Positions 53,110-64,000 of a stretch of DNA of 64,000 bases are shown here, piece after piece. Position numbers and translations under genes: made by a program. Each line of letters opens with the position of its first letter. Within the stretch, counting starts at the first letter, position 1. Source of the stretch: Stegostoma tigrinum (taxonomy: Eukaryota); the NCBI RefSeq assembly GCF_030684315.1, contig NC_081358.1, positions 81,990,458 to 82,054,457 on the forward strand, in the 5' to 3' direction. The notes below the pieces were generated by a model, which worked only from the letters and a program-made list of their open reading frames with translations, was not told where the DNA came from and made no database searches.

Positions 53110-53855
53110 CACTTGTTCAGGCAAGTGGGGAGTACTCCGTCACACTCCTGACTTGTGCCTTGTAAATGTTGGACAAGCTCTGGGGAGTCTGGAGGTGAGT
53201 TACTTGCTGCAATCTTCCTTGCCTCTGAACTACTTTTGTAGTCACTGTATTTATATGTGAGCCAATTTCCAGTCAATGGTAAACCCCAAGACATTGATAA
53301 TGGGAAATTCAGTGATGGCAGCACCATTGAATGTAAAGGGGTGGTAGTCAAATTGTCTCTTGTTGGCAATGGTCATTGGCTGGCATTCGTGTGGCACAAA
53401 GATTACTTGACACTTATCAGCCAAAGCCTGGTTATTGTCCAGGTCTTATTACATTTGGACATGTATTACTTGAAGAGTTGAGAATGGTGTTGAATATTAT
53501 TTAACCATTAGCAGACATCCCTCACTTTTGACCTTACGATGGAGGAAGATCATTGATGAAGCAGCTGAAGATGGTTGGGCCTAGGACACTACCCTTAGGA
53601 ACTCCTGCAGACATGTCCTTCAGCTGAGATGACTGAACTGCAGCAACCGCAACTATCATCCTATGTACCAGGTATGACCAAGTTTCTCTCCTGATTCCTG
53701 TTGTCTCCTATTTTTCTGGGCTCCTTGATGCCACATTCAAATGCGACCTCACCTCGGGAATTCAGCTCTTTTGTCCATGTTTGAATCAAGGTTGTAATGA
53801 GTTCAGGAGTTGAAAGATCCTGGTGGAATCCAAACAGGGCATCACTGACCATATT
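53110..53855 (-). mobile_element. Decayed LINE RT fragment of the 1-920 family
   Basis: Reverse complement homologous to 1-450; LFGFHQD.S.P.LIT.L.QTWTKELNSRGE. Confidence 0.8.
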
Positions 53856-54331
53856 ATGCAGGATGGGAGTAATAGGGTTGTCATTAGGTATGGTTTGCTA
53901 GAGATCTTGTTGTCTGACAGGAAGACCCTTTCCTAATTCTCAGTCCCTTGGTCAGTGGTATCTTTACCTTGCACGGGAACATGAGCCACCCTCCCTACAT
54001 GAAGCACCCCATGCCTGTCAAAGGGTCAAATAACAGCACTGTTGGGATAGGGGCATTAGCAGAAGAGAGGGGAGGTCCACCCTGGGCTGTCCTTCCACAG
54101 GTGTTGTCAGGGTGGAGGCAGAAAGGGTTGTCCCCAATATGTTTCACTTCTTCAGGATTATTTGCCCCAGACCTCACCCCTTCACCATGGCAGGTGTCCC
54201 ACCCTGCATGTGATCAACATTCCAATCTGGTAGCTAGCACAACCCTGACGGTAAGTGTGTTCCACACTGTGGACTCTTTTTTGGGCCTCTAAGCTATGAC
54301 ATTTACTTTTATTTCAAGTTAGTTGTATAAA

Positions 54332-54645
54332 CGTGGCATGGTGTCTCAGTAGTTATTACTACAGCCTCACAGTGCTAGCGGCGTGGGTTCAATTCCACCC
54401 TGGGGCGACTGTCTGTGTGGAGTTTGCACATTCTCACTGTGTCTGTGTGAGTTTCCTCTGGCTGCTCCAGTTTCTTCCCACAGCCCAAAGATGTGCAGGT
54501 TAGGTGGGCTGGCCATGCTAAATTGCCCATAGTGTTCGTGTAGATTAGGTGGGTTACTGGGGCACAGGTCTGGGTGGGATGCTCTGAGGTTTGCTGTGGA
54601 CTTGTTGGGCCGAAGGGCCTGTTTCCACTGTAGGGATTCTATGAT
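54332..54645 (+). mobile_element. Full-length V-SINE (HE1-like)
   Basis: tRNA head with A-box and GGTTCAATTCC B-box, V-domain tgtgtggagtttgcacattctc...cccacagcccaaagatgtgcaggttagg, and HER1/CR1 tail gggccgaagggcctgtttcc..gattctatga. Confidence 0.85.
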
Positions 54646-55889
54646 CGATGAAACAGTGTAGCTTCAAGTTCTGAAGCTCCCCTGTTATGTTTAATTAAAT
54701 CTGTGGAACAAAATCATGGCCAATTGCAAACTATGGTGGGGGCGAGACTGTACAGGGTGCATGCAAATGCTTTCTTAGCTTACAGTTTACAACAGAATTG
54801 TGGTGGGGCAACAAGGTATAATAAATAAACAAGGTGAGTAGATTTGGAAAACAGTCAGTTAAGGGATAGAGAATTAACAGTTGGTCATTAATGCTCTATC
54901 TACAAAAGCACAATTGTTTGACAACTCAATTATTGGCCAATGAGAAAGTGGCAGATTTAATACTTGGGATTACTGGCCCACCAGCTGGTTGTGTGTCAGT
55001 TCTGACAGACGTCTCAGTCGGGTATGTTTTGGCTGCTAGTGAAGGTTGACAGCTCTGCGCTTACACATTACCATACTAATGGAATAATTAATTGGGATCT
55101 TTCTCCCAGTTTGACAGTATCCTTGCAGCTGATTGCATCAGGATGGAGTTGAGGTTGAAACGGTCCTTCTTCAGTGAAAGAGCTTTCATTGAAGAAGTTG
55201 AATTCCTTTAGAAGTTGCCTGACCTAGCAGGAAAATTGCCATTTCTCTAGGGTCCCACTCATCTCCTGCTGAAGTTATGGGAACTGAACTGGAAATCACT
55301 GGTGAAGTTGTTTAAAACAATTAAATGTCATTTAAAGAACTGCTGAAGCTTCTGGATTTAGAAAGAGATTCAATGTGTTATAAGTTAATACAGCCTGCTC
55401 TATTTCTTCTTCATTCTGCTTACTTTTATTTCCGATGTTTATTTCTTACACTGCCCCACTGTGACATAATCTGAAAACACAGCACCAACTTCCAAGTGCA
55501 TGCTAAATACACCCAGCTCTACTTTACCACTACCTTCCTCCTCACCCTCAAAATCTTTAAACGCCCAGATTGCTAGCAAGTAAGACAAAGTGCTGGAGTA
55601 ACTCAGCATGTCTGGCAGCACCTGTGGAGAGAAAAACAGTGGTGTTTGTTGGGAAATATTGCTGTTTATGCTGATAACAGGGGTTGGTGAGTCAAGTCGA
55701 TGGAGATGGTGCCCAGAGAGAGAATAATATGGGAAGCAGAGAAAGGGAATTCTGATCACAATCTGGGGGAGAAGTAACTGCTAAATGGGGGCTAATGAGA
55801 AGAGCCAATAGTTGCACTTTGAAGAAGTTCTGCTCCTCTCTTTGATAAGATTTCTACTCGAATCCTTCTTCATGTTCAGCAGCACAACA

Positions 55890-56023
55890 TCATTTCTGAT
55901 GAAGGGTCTGCGCCCGAAACGTCAGCTTTCCTGCTCCTAAGATGCTACTTGGCCTGCTGTGTTCATCCAGCTCCACACCTTGTTATCTCGGATTCTCCAG
56001 CATCTGCAGTTCCTATTATCTCT
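55890..56023 (+). mobile_element. Solo Penelope pLTR with hammerhead core at 55896-55923
   Basis: CTGATGA-A-GGGTCTGCGCCC-GAAAC-GTC followed by the family pLTR. Confidence 0.8.
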
Positions 56024-56061
56024 TTCAATCAAAGGGCCACTGAACTCGACGTGTCCACTCC

Positions 56062-56064
<3 letters not shown>

Positions 56065-56094
<30 letters not shown>
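56065..56094 (+). repeat. (TC)n microsatellite
   Basis: Direct reading. Confidence 0.95.
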
Positions 56095-56098
<4 letters not shown>

Positions 56099-56439
56099 GT
56101 TGCTATATCTGTTAAGTTTCAACAGCACTTTCTGCCTCTGTTGTTATTTCTACAAATCTCATTCTCTAAGGAGTCTACAATAACTTGGGCCTCTCTCTTC
56201 CATCTTATATATTTAAAGAAACTGGGCATTTTGGTATTACTTGCAAGTTTATTCTCTGCCTTGTCTTTTGTCAGTGTTCTTTTTGCTGGTTTTTAAAAAT
56301 TTCCCAATGCGATGGCCTACCATTGATCTATGTCGAATGCTTTTTTCTTTCAATATGACATCTTTCTTGTGAGGCATGTACTATTTTCTTAAATTTCTGC
56401 CATTGTTTCTTAACCATCTTAGATTATGACACGAATGGT

Positions 56440-57175
56440 GGTAGTTGAGGAAAGGGTGAGGATCAAGAAACCTGGGTGTCATGACGGAACAGTCACCGAA
56501 GGTTGGCATGCAACTGCAACAGGAGGTGAGGAAAGCTAATGGCATGCTGGTCTTCATAGTGACAGGATTTGAGTATAGGAATAGAGTTGATTTTCTGCAG
56601 TTACACAGGGCCTTGGTCAAGCCACACCTTGAGTATTGCGTGTAGTCTTGGCCTCCTAGTCTGAGGACAATTTGCTGTTGGGGGAGTCCAGTGAAAGCTC
56701 ACCAGGCTGATTCCCAGGATGGCATGACTGACATTTGAGGAAATACTGGATCGAATGGGATGGTACTCACCAGAATTTAGAAGAATGAGAAGCAATGTCA
56801 CAGAAAAATATAAAATCCTGATGGGACTGGCCAAGCTAGATGTGGGAAGAATGGTGCCATTGTTGGGGAAGTCCAGAATTAGGGCTCATAGTCTAAGAAG
56901 AAGAGGTATGCTATTCAGGACTAAAATGAGGAAGAATTTCTTCACTCAGAGAGTTGTGAACTTTTGGAATTCTCTACCATAGAAGGCTGCTGGCCAGCTT
57001 GTTAGATATATTTAGGACAGTCTGTAAATGGCCCTTGCAGCTAAAGGGATTAAGGGGTATGTGGAGATAGTGGAAGGAGGGCACTGAAATTGCAGGATGA
57101 GCCATGGTCATACTGACTGATGGTACAGGTTGAAGGGCCAAATGATCTACTCCTGCACTTATTTCTACATTTCTC
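56440..57175 (+). mobile_element. CR1 LINE 3' fragment
   Basis: KANGML.FI..GFEYR...LQL..ALV.PHLEYCV, EFRRMR, NFFTQRVVNFWNSLP. Confidence 0.85.
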
Positions 57176-57253
57176 TGCTAAACTCCTTTTCTAGTCCATT
57201 CTTGCTAACTCCTCCTGTATTCCTTTGTATTACCCTTATCTAAGTTTTATACA

Positions 57254-57485
57254 TGTAGTGATTGGAACAGGGCCAGATGGATCCATTGTCTACAAGAAAT
57301 TGTGGTTGGGCTTGTTAACCAGGGCCAATAAGGGAGCTCTGGCTGTTAGATGTAAACAGGCCATTCAAAGTGTCTCTTCATTCTAGGGACTGGCTCTGAG
57401 CTGGTTGATCAGAGCTCATGTACTGGGTGCATGTAAATAAATGGTGACTTGGTGACAGGATACTGACCTCTGTGCAGTTATTTCA
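57254..57485 (+). mobile_element. Putative solo LTR
   Basis: TG...CA termini (tgtagtg..ttatttca), internal AATAAA at ~57436, ACAT-like flanks. Confidence 0.5.
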
Positions 57486-58013
57486 ACATGGTTTTTTCTG
57501 ACTCCGATGTTGCCCTCTAAAACCAATGGCTAAATTCCACAATGTTTTGGTCACGGCTACCCTCACTGTTATATTGTGGTAAAAATTAGTGGTAAACCAG
57601 AGGACTGGAAAAATTTTAAATGCCAACAAAAGCTTACCACAAAAAAAGGGGAGAAATTAAACCGTGAGGATAAATTAGCAGGTTAATACATAATCAAAGA
57701 CTTAGAGATTACTTAAATATCTAAAAAGGAAGAGACAGGCCAAAGTGATCATAGGCCTCTTAAAGAATGTGGCTGGAGAAATAATAATGGAAACAAGAAA
57801 ATGGCAGTCCTGGTCATCCCTTGACAAGAAGGATGTCATGGCACTTGAGGGGGTACAGAGGAGGTTCACCAGGATGTTGCCTGAGATGGAGCAATTGAAC
57901 TATAAGAAGAGACTAGATAGGCTTGGATTGTGATCTTTAGAGCCGAGGTGATTGAGGGGTGGCTTGATTAAGGTGTACAAGATTATGAGTGGCATGGATA
58001 GGGTTAGGGAGTA

Positions 58014-58208
58014 TAATGGGAACTGCAGATGCTGGAAAATCCGAGATAACCAGGTGTGGAGCTGGACGAACACAGCAGGCCAAACAGCAACTTAGGAGCA
58101 GGAATGCTGATGTTTCAGGCTTAGACCCTTCACCTGAAAAGTCAGCTTTCCTGCTCCTAAGATAGTGCTTGGCCTGCTGTGCTCATCCAGCTCCGCAACT
58201 TGTTATCG
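58014..58208. mobile_element. Palindromic pLTR insertion
   Basis: Inverted pLTR arms; perfect 14-bp TSD agggttagggagta at 58000-58013 and 58209-58222. Confidence 0.85.
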
Positions 58209-58879
58209 AGGGTTAGGGAGTAGCTGGTTCCCTTGGTTGAGGGGACAATCACTAGGGAGTATATGGTATGGGGCAGGAGATTCAGAGGGGATTTGACGAA
58301 AGAACCTTGTCACTCAGAGGTCGGTGGGCATCTGGAATGCTCTGCATGAGCAGGTAGCAGGACCCGGAAACCTTCCCATCTTTAAAGAGCATGTGGATGA
58401 GCACTTGTCCCATTCAAGGGTGTGCGACAAGTGCAGGAAATTGGAATTAGTGAGTCTGTAATGGTAGTTTGTCGGTGCAGGCTTGACGGGTCAAAGGTCC
58501 TCTGCGCTGATTGGCACTATGACTCGATGGCAGAAGAGTTGAATAAATGCTTTGCATCAGTCTTCAGGATATAGGATATTGATAGCATTCCATGGATACA
58601 AAATTATTAAGTGGCTAAAGGTGGGGGAGGGGGAAGGAAATAAATACGGTAACTACCCCAAGAAAAAAGATACGAAGGAAAGTAATGGGCAAAGGCCACT
58701 AAGTCCCATGGTGGCATCCGAGGATTCTGAAGGAAGTAGCTAGAGTGATCGTGGCTGCTATATTAGTCATCTTCCAAGCATCCTTAGATTCTGGAGAAGT
58801 CCCAGAGAATTGGGAATCTGCCAATTTAACACACTTATTCTAAAAGCAAGGGGGACAAAAATATGTCAACAGTAGGCCA

Positions 58880-59106
58880 AGATAACAAAGTGTGAAGCTG
58901 GATGAACACAGCAGGCCGAGCAGCATCTCAGGAGCACAAAAGCTGACGTTTTGGGCCTAGACCCTTCATCAGAGAGCTGATGAAGGGTCTAGGCCCAAAA
59001 CGTCAGCTTTTGTGCTCCTGAGATGCTGCTTGGCCTGCTGTGTTCATCCAGCTTCACATTTTGTTATCTTGGATTCTCCAGCATCTGCAGTTCCCATTAT
59101 CTCTGA
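58880..59106. mobile_element. Palindromic pLTR insertion (96-bp arms, 4-nt spacer)
   Basis: Arms 58877-58972 and 58977-59072. TSD tcaacRgtaggcca at 58866-58879 and 59107-59120. Confidence 0.9.
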
Positions 59107-59725
59107 TCAACGGTAGGCCAGTTAGCTTAACATCTATCATTGGCAAGATAACAGAGGCTATTTACAAAGGATGCAATATGGAACAATTAAAAATATATAA
59201 TATCATTAGGCAAAGACAATATGGCTTCTTGAAATGGAAATTTTGCCTGACAAGTTGATTAAAAAATCTTTGGAGCGGATAGATAATCAAGATAAATAAA
59301 GAGAAACCAGTATTTGTCATATATTTGGATGCCCAAAAGGCATTTGATGATGTATCAAACATGAAGCAGACCTTATTTGAATATGCAAATGTGGATACTT
59401 GGTGATGTTGGTAAGGAATGGCTCTTAGGAGAAAGAAACAGCTAATTTTTCAACTCTTTCGAATGTTCATTCTGGTTTCAGAAACCTGGTAGTGGGAGCA
59501 TTTCCAGGTCCTAAACTCTTGTTATAACCTCAGGACATGGCTAAACAGCATACTTATGACACAACTGAGGACAGCAGCTAGGCTTAGGAGGCTGAAGCAC
59601 TAATAAAAGGCTGTGCAAAAATTAATCATCAGCAGTCCCAGAGGTGCACAACAGCAGATGGAGAGAGTGCCTCAAGTTACAGGTATTTTCTGAAGACCTT
59701 TTAAAAACTGTTAATTTAAGATTAC

Positions 59726-59974
59726 AGGATAGTAAGAACTGCCGATGCTGGAGTAACTGAGATAAAGAGGTGTACAGCTGGATGAACACAGCAGGCCAAG
59801 CCGCATCAGAGGAGCAAGAAAGCTGACGTTTCGGGTCTGGACCCTTCTTCAGAAATGAAGAAGGCCTTTGAAGACCCTTTCTGAAGAAGGGTCCAGACCC
59901 GAAACGTCAGCTTTTCTGCTCCTTTGATGCTGCTTGGCCTGCTGTGTTCATCCAGCTCGACACCAAGTTATCTC
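59726..59974. mobile_element. Palindromic pLTR insertion with two intact hammerhead cores (59825-59852 minus, 59881-59908 plus)
   Basis: CTGAAGA-A-GGGTCCAGACCC-GAAAC-GTC on both strands. TSD taatttaagaYtac at 59712-59725 and 59975-59988. Confidence 0.88.
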
Positions 59975-60331
59975 TAATTTAAGACTACCTCTGCCAAGCA
60001 GTCACCTTGGAGGGGTGCCTGCTCCACTGAATGGCCAGTGGTAATGGGTAGGTTATCATTTGTGCAGCTTTGATGGACAGAATGGCCTTTTCTGCACAGT
60101 ATGACTCTGCGAGGAGCATTTCCAAGCAGAATGGAGCACTTGTCCCTACATCCAATCTGACACTGGGAAACGGCCTTCGGCATCTGACAACGTTAGTTGT
60201 CTGCAGAATTATCTCAATAAACAACAATAACTGAGAATATTCATCTACATAGATAAGCAAGAGATCTGATCAGATACATTTTACAAACAGACCGGGATAT
60301 GTTTTTGTTCCAAATGCAGACCCGCACTTAC

Positions 60332-60750
60332 TTTCCTCAGGAAGATCATTATCTTGTTCCTCTTTTTCCATTTGTTTACACCAGGCATCCATTCGTTCCT
60401 TCTCAGCTTGAAGCAGCTTCATAAACCATCGGCCATCCCTTTGACACACCGCCCTCTGGCTCGTTTCTACGTTTGCCTCTGATGCAGAGTCAATCCAGGG
60501 TTCAGGAGGAGGCAGAAATGAAGGATCAAAATTTGAGTCAAATTCATGTTCCTGTGCATAGGCTTGCACATGGTTTCCCTCCACTCCAAGAAAGCTACCT
60601 GTGGATGTACTTGCATCCTTGGAAAATTGCCTTATCAATGGACCTGAAGCCACTTCTTCAGGTCCTGATGATCCTTCTGTGTTTTCCTGATCATCCAGAT
60701 CCGCCTGCACTGCTGCTGTCACACTGTTTGACCGTGTAAATCTTCGAAAG
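60332..60750 (-). CDS. DLGAP1: DLGAP1 (SAPAP1/GKAP) internal coding exon, start of GKAP-homology region
   Basis: Translates (C)FRRFTRSNSVTAAVQADLDDQEN...RQFSKDASTST...FDPSFLPPPEPWIDS...CQRDGRWFMKLLQAEKERMDAWCKQMEKEEQDNDLPEE, closely matching vertebrate DLGAP1. AG acceptor at 60752-60751, GTAAGT donor at 60331-60326. 419 nt, phase 2 in, phase 1 out. Confidence 0.93.
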
Positions 60751-63549
60751 CTTCAATAGAATAGAAATAAAGCTGTAACAGAACAATTCGATACAGGGCT
60801 GATCTTTGTGTACATAAAGTACTGTCGCTGATAGTACTAAACAGGTTATAAGGTGGATTAGTAGGTCAGTGCACTGCCAAGTTTGAGCTACACAACTTAG
60901 GAACATCTTAAATTTCCAAATTCTCAGCTGCCACCATGCTAGGAGCTATTGGCCCCAAGGGCCTCATGCTATTGAGGGGTAACAAACCAAACTAGTCACC
61001 CAGTGATGGCATGCAGATTCTGTGTGTAAGGTCTCACGATCCCTTCTGGTGTACCAATATTATCTCGGGTTTGATTAAAGTTAGGTTAGCTACCCTTTCC
61101 TACCATCTCTAAGAGTGGGAGTTAGAAGCTGCCTTTATCTGCACCAATCTTACATAGTCTGTTCAGAATAGAGTGAAATACTGTTGCTTTCACATGATCA
61201 GGGTATGCTTCCTAAAGAAAGGTGGAAAATTTCAATGTTGTGAAACTGTGGCACCGGGCATAATGGGGAAGCTACACATTCTGATTGGTGTACTGCTCAG
61301 TGGTTTTTCAGCAGAAGACAATAACGAGGAGTGGCAAAGGTTTTGGATGCTTGTTGTCTTGCAGGAACTCTCATATTGGGCGTTCGATAGCAGGAGGAGA
61401 AGCACCTTAAGTTGTTCAGCCGAAGCGAGAGGTCAGTAGGTTTTAGATATTGCTCATCTGAATCTAGGCTGCAGCTGACTATGGTTGGGGCAGGGGGCAC
61501 AATAGTTTCAGAAGGTTGATAACAAGTGAGGTGCTGCTTGACAAGCTCTGAGAAATCACTACTGCTGGAGCTGGGTTATTGGTTCTCCACAAAGATTAAA
61601 GGGGTTGCTTTGACATCTCTGTGTTTCTGCAGCATTAATATATTGGTGTCATAATTATCCATTGAGGAGCTGTCCTCTCTGTGTTGGGCATCTTAATATA
61701 GATGCCCAGCCTGTTCAATGAAGTTTATTTAGAAGTGAAATAAATATTAATTTGAATGATTTGTCTTTTCTTAAAATATTCCACTTAGGGAAGACCTCAT
61801 TTTTACCCAGAGATACCACAGCATGGGCAAACTGATATCTGGACTCTTAACAAAACTGGATTGTAACATTCAACTAGTGTTACATGACAGTTTCATTTAC
61901 AGCATTAGCAACAGATGTGTCTGGTATAGACAGTAAACACAAACTCTTTAAAATGGTTTAACCCATTGAAGGATCAAAACATTAGAATTGTCAATGAATG
62001 CTGAGTTGGAATGTTCCATGCTATCTGTATAGCTGATAAATCATATGTAAATTTAACAAAGCTTTATTTTAAAACAATTAAATTAGTGCAGCCTTGTGGA
62101 TGAGATACAATTTAATGAAGAAAGACAACTGGAATTTAAGATATAGTGGACTGGTAAACTTTTAAATTCAAACAAACATTCTCAAAATGTACCAGCATAT
62201 GCTGTTCACAAGCAAAGCAAGCATGTAAAATGAAAAACACACACATTGACACAAGTGTTATGGTAAAACAGTCATTAGAATCAATAAAAGTTGGTTGCTT
62301 TGAAGGTAGTGATACATCCTGAAATTAAGATTATCACCGCTTAATATTTATAAAGTTTTGTGACTAAAATCACAACAGAGTGATTTCAGAGAGTTACTAC
62401 TGCGGCCACGAATACCAGAAGAGGAATCAATTAAGTTGTGCTTAAAAACATAGTGATCAAAAATAAGAATAAGGATGACTGAATGGATATCATTTCACCA
62501 TCTAATGCTTCAACATGTATAATTTCAGGGCTATTCTGGCCTATAGTATGAAAGCTGTTCATTGCCCAGTAAACAAAATATACATCCTGATGCATTTGCT
62601 TTTCGCACAGATAAAATCTATGATGTTATCAGCCTACCTCAATGTCGGTTGATTAAATAAACAAAAATATAGTTTGGGAGGTGTAGGTGTTATAGGGTGG
62701 TGTTAGGAGCAGAGAGTAAGTCAAGGATAGTACAAGGTGAGCACACCTTAGAAAGGGAAAGGAACATGATACATACATCAGAAATTCCCTTATTTACCTT
62801 TGAGATTATATCTGCTATGAATTTCAATTACTTGGATCACAATTAATATCCTCTGTTACATTACATCAGATATTTAATAAAACATTATAGGTTATAAACA
62901 TATAAATAGCAATGTGTAATGAGTTACTACAGTACCTGTCTCAGTTGGGACAATCATTGTCACAATTCATTTGTAACCAATATGTATTCCCTCACTCATA
63001 ATAAATATGTTATTGAAATGGATATTTTCATTCACACATAATAAAGAACATGAAAATCTTACATTCTTATAGCAACTTACCATGCTTCTCAGAAATGATC
63101 CAATGATACTGAATTAATTCAGTTTACGCAGGCAAATGTGGCAAATGGTATTTGGCAAGGTCCCAAAAAAACAGCGATGAGGTGAATGTTAAATGGCAAA
63201 CCCAAAGAGTCGTAAGCATTCTCCTTTCTATTTGTATGTTATTTTGATGGGGAACAGCATCTCAAAGAGTTCGATGGGTCTTCCAACATATGTTTACAAA
63301 GCACTTTAAATACCAACAAGCCATTTGCTACCAAGAATTCTTTTGTTGGGATTGACTGGACTTTGAGCTTTGACACAATAGCTGCTTGGACGTCTCAGCG
63401 AGAATTTGCAGCATGTGGTATGAAGAGTCATATATATACTGACAGTAAAGACTCGACATTATATGCATGCTCTGGGTGTTTTCAGCAGGTAGTCACATAA
63501 TATATGGCCCAGCCAACACTGTCTCACCAACCCTGAGATCAACCCGTCG

Positions 63550-63735
63550 CACTGAGGGTCGATAGGCTGGGATTTCTTTGACTGGAGTGTAGGAGATTGA
63601 GAGGTGACCTTACAGAAGTTTACAATATAAAGAGGAGTACAGATAGAGTTGATGGTGGTTGTCTTTTCCCTAGGACGGGGGATTCCAAACGAGGAGGCAC
63701 ATATTTAAGGTGAGGGGAGAGACCTTCAAAAAAGT
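63550..63735 (+). mobile_element. CR1 LINE fragment
   Basis: DRLG...LECRRLRGDLTEVY; homologous to 21800-21990. Confidence 0.75.
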
Positions 63736-63950
63736 CAAAAAAATTAATAATTAAGGATCAATCTGCTGTGCTCAAGGTACAGGCTATATGTCAGTCTTTA
63801 CACAATGTTTCATTTTCCTGTATGTTTGAGATACCATTGTGAAATTTTGACTGCATAGGACTGTAACACAGAAGACTAAGCATTAGACGCTTGTAGCTGA
63901 TGTCTCATATGAGGTCAATATCTGTTACTTCATTAAAGCTATGAACATTA

Positions 63951-64000
63951 AGGGCTGTTATAGTGCAGTGGTAGCATACCTACCTCTGAGCTAGGAGACC
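63951..64000 (+). mobile_element. tRNA-derived SINE head, truncated by the window edge
   Basis: tagtgcagtggtagc..ctacctctgagc.aggag A-box-like head. Confidence 0.45.

Larger units (their letters stand above)
57590..59365 (+). mobile_element. Nested CR1 LINE fragments hosting two palindromic pLTR insertions
   Basis: Older CR1 RT (SLDSGEVPENW..AN.T.LF, RPVSLTS..GK, RQYGF, Y.D..KAFD) with a younger CR1 3' end at ~57805-58527. Confidence 0.75.

Noticed and set aside
58000-58222. Telomere-repeat targeting (GGGTTAGGG in the TSD)
   Set aside because: Only one TTAGGG unit, lying within CR1 coding-derived sequence. The other TSDs share no such motif.
31030-60750. Assignment to DLGAP2, DLGAP3 or DLGAP4
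   Set aside because: FRRFTRSNSVT, RQFS.DASTST, SQDLAGFWDMLQLSIEN.SMKFDELHQLKANNWKQ and LMAAKRAASVRQNSATESA fit DLGAP1 best. A phylogeny would confirm.
61020-61790. Possible LTR-like element in the upstream intron
   Set aside because: Composition and a late AATAAA are suggestive, but I could not define termini or a TSD.

Overview
Eukaryotic (vertebrate) genomic DNA. The repeat landscape (CR1/HER1-type LINEs, a V-SINE/HE1-type SINE, abundant Penelope pLTRs) indicates a cartilaginous fish, probably a carpet shark; this is inferred from repeat recognition, not a database hit. The only clear protein-coding gene is the 3' end of DLGAP1 (SAPAP1/GKAP) on the minus strand. It has four coding exons (60332-60750, 42475-42566, 42058-42210, 31030-31245) with canonical GT-AG sites and matching phases, ends in the PDZ ligand -QTRL, and is followed by a ~2.3 kb repeat-free putative 3'UTR. 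The rest is intron or intergenic DNA filled with decayed retroelements (Penelope, CR1, L2, RTE, Rex1/Babar, Gypsy), Harbinger and Tigger-type DNA-transposon fossils, SINEs and microsatellites. Highlights: (1) many minimal type-I hammerhead ribozyme motifs in Penelope pLTRs; (2) ~200-250 bp head-to-head palindromic pLTR insertions, four with 13-14 bp TSDs, so that intact ribozyme cores sense to DLGAP1 are preceded by their own antisense arm; (3) an orphan RAB37/RAB26-type P-loop exon that keeps its splice sites, next to an RTE fragment; (4) an SVA-like element with a 1.2 kb GC-rich VNTR and a Rex1-type tail; (5) a SINE that appears to be built from the 5' and 3' ends of a LINE; (6) an initiator-tRNA-derived pseudogene with a CTT anticodon. 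Repeat boundaries were read by eye and are approximate unless a TSD or splice site is quoted.
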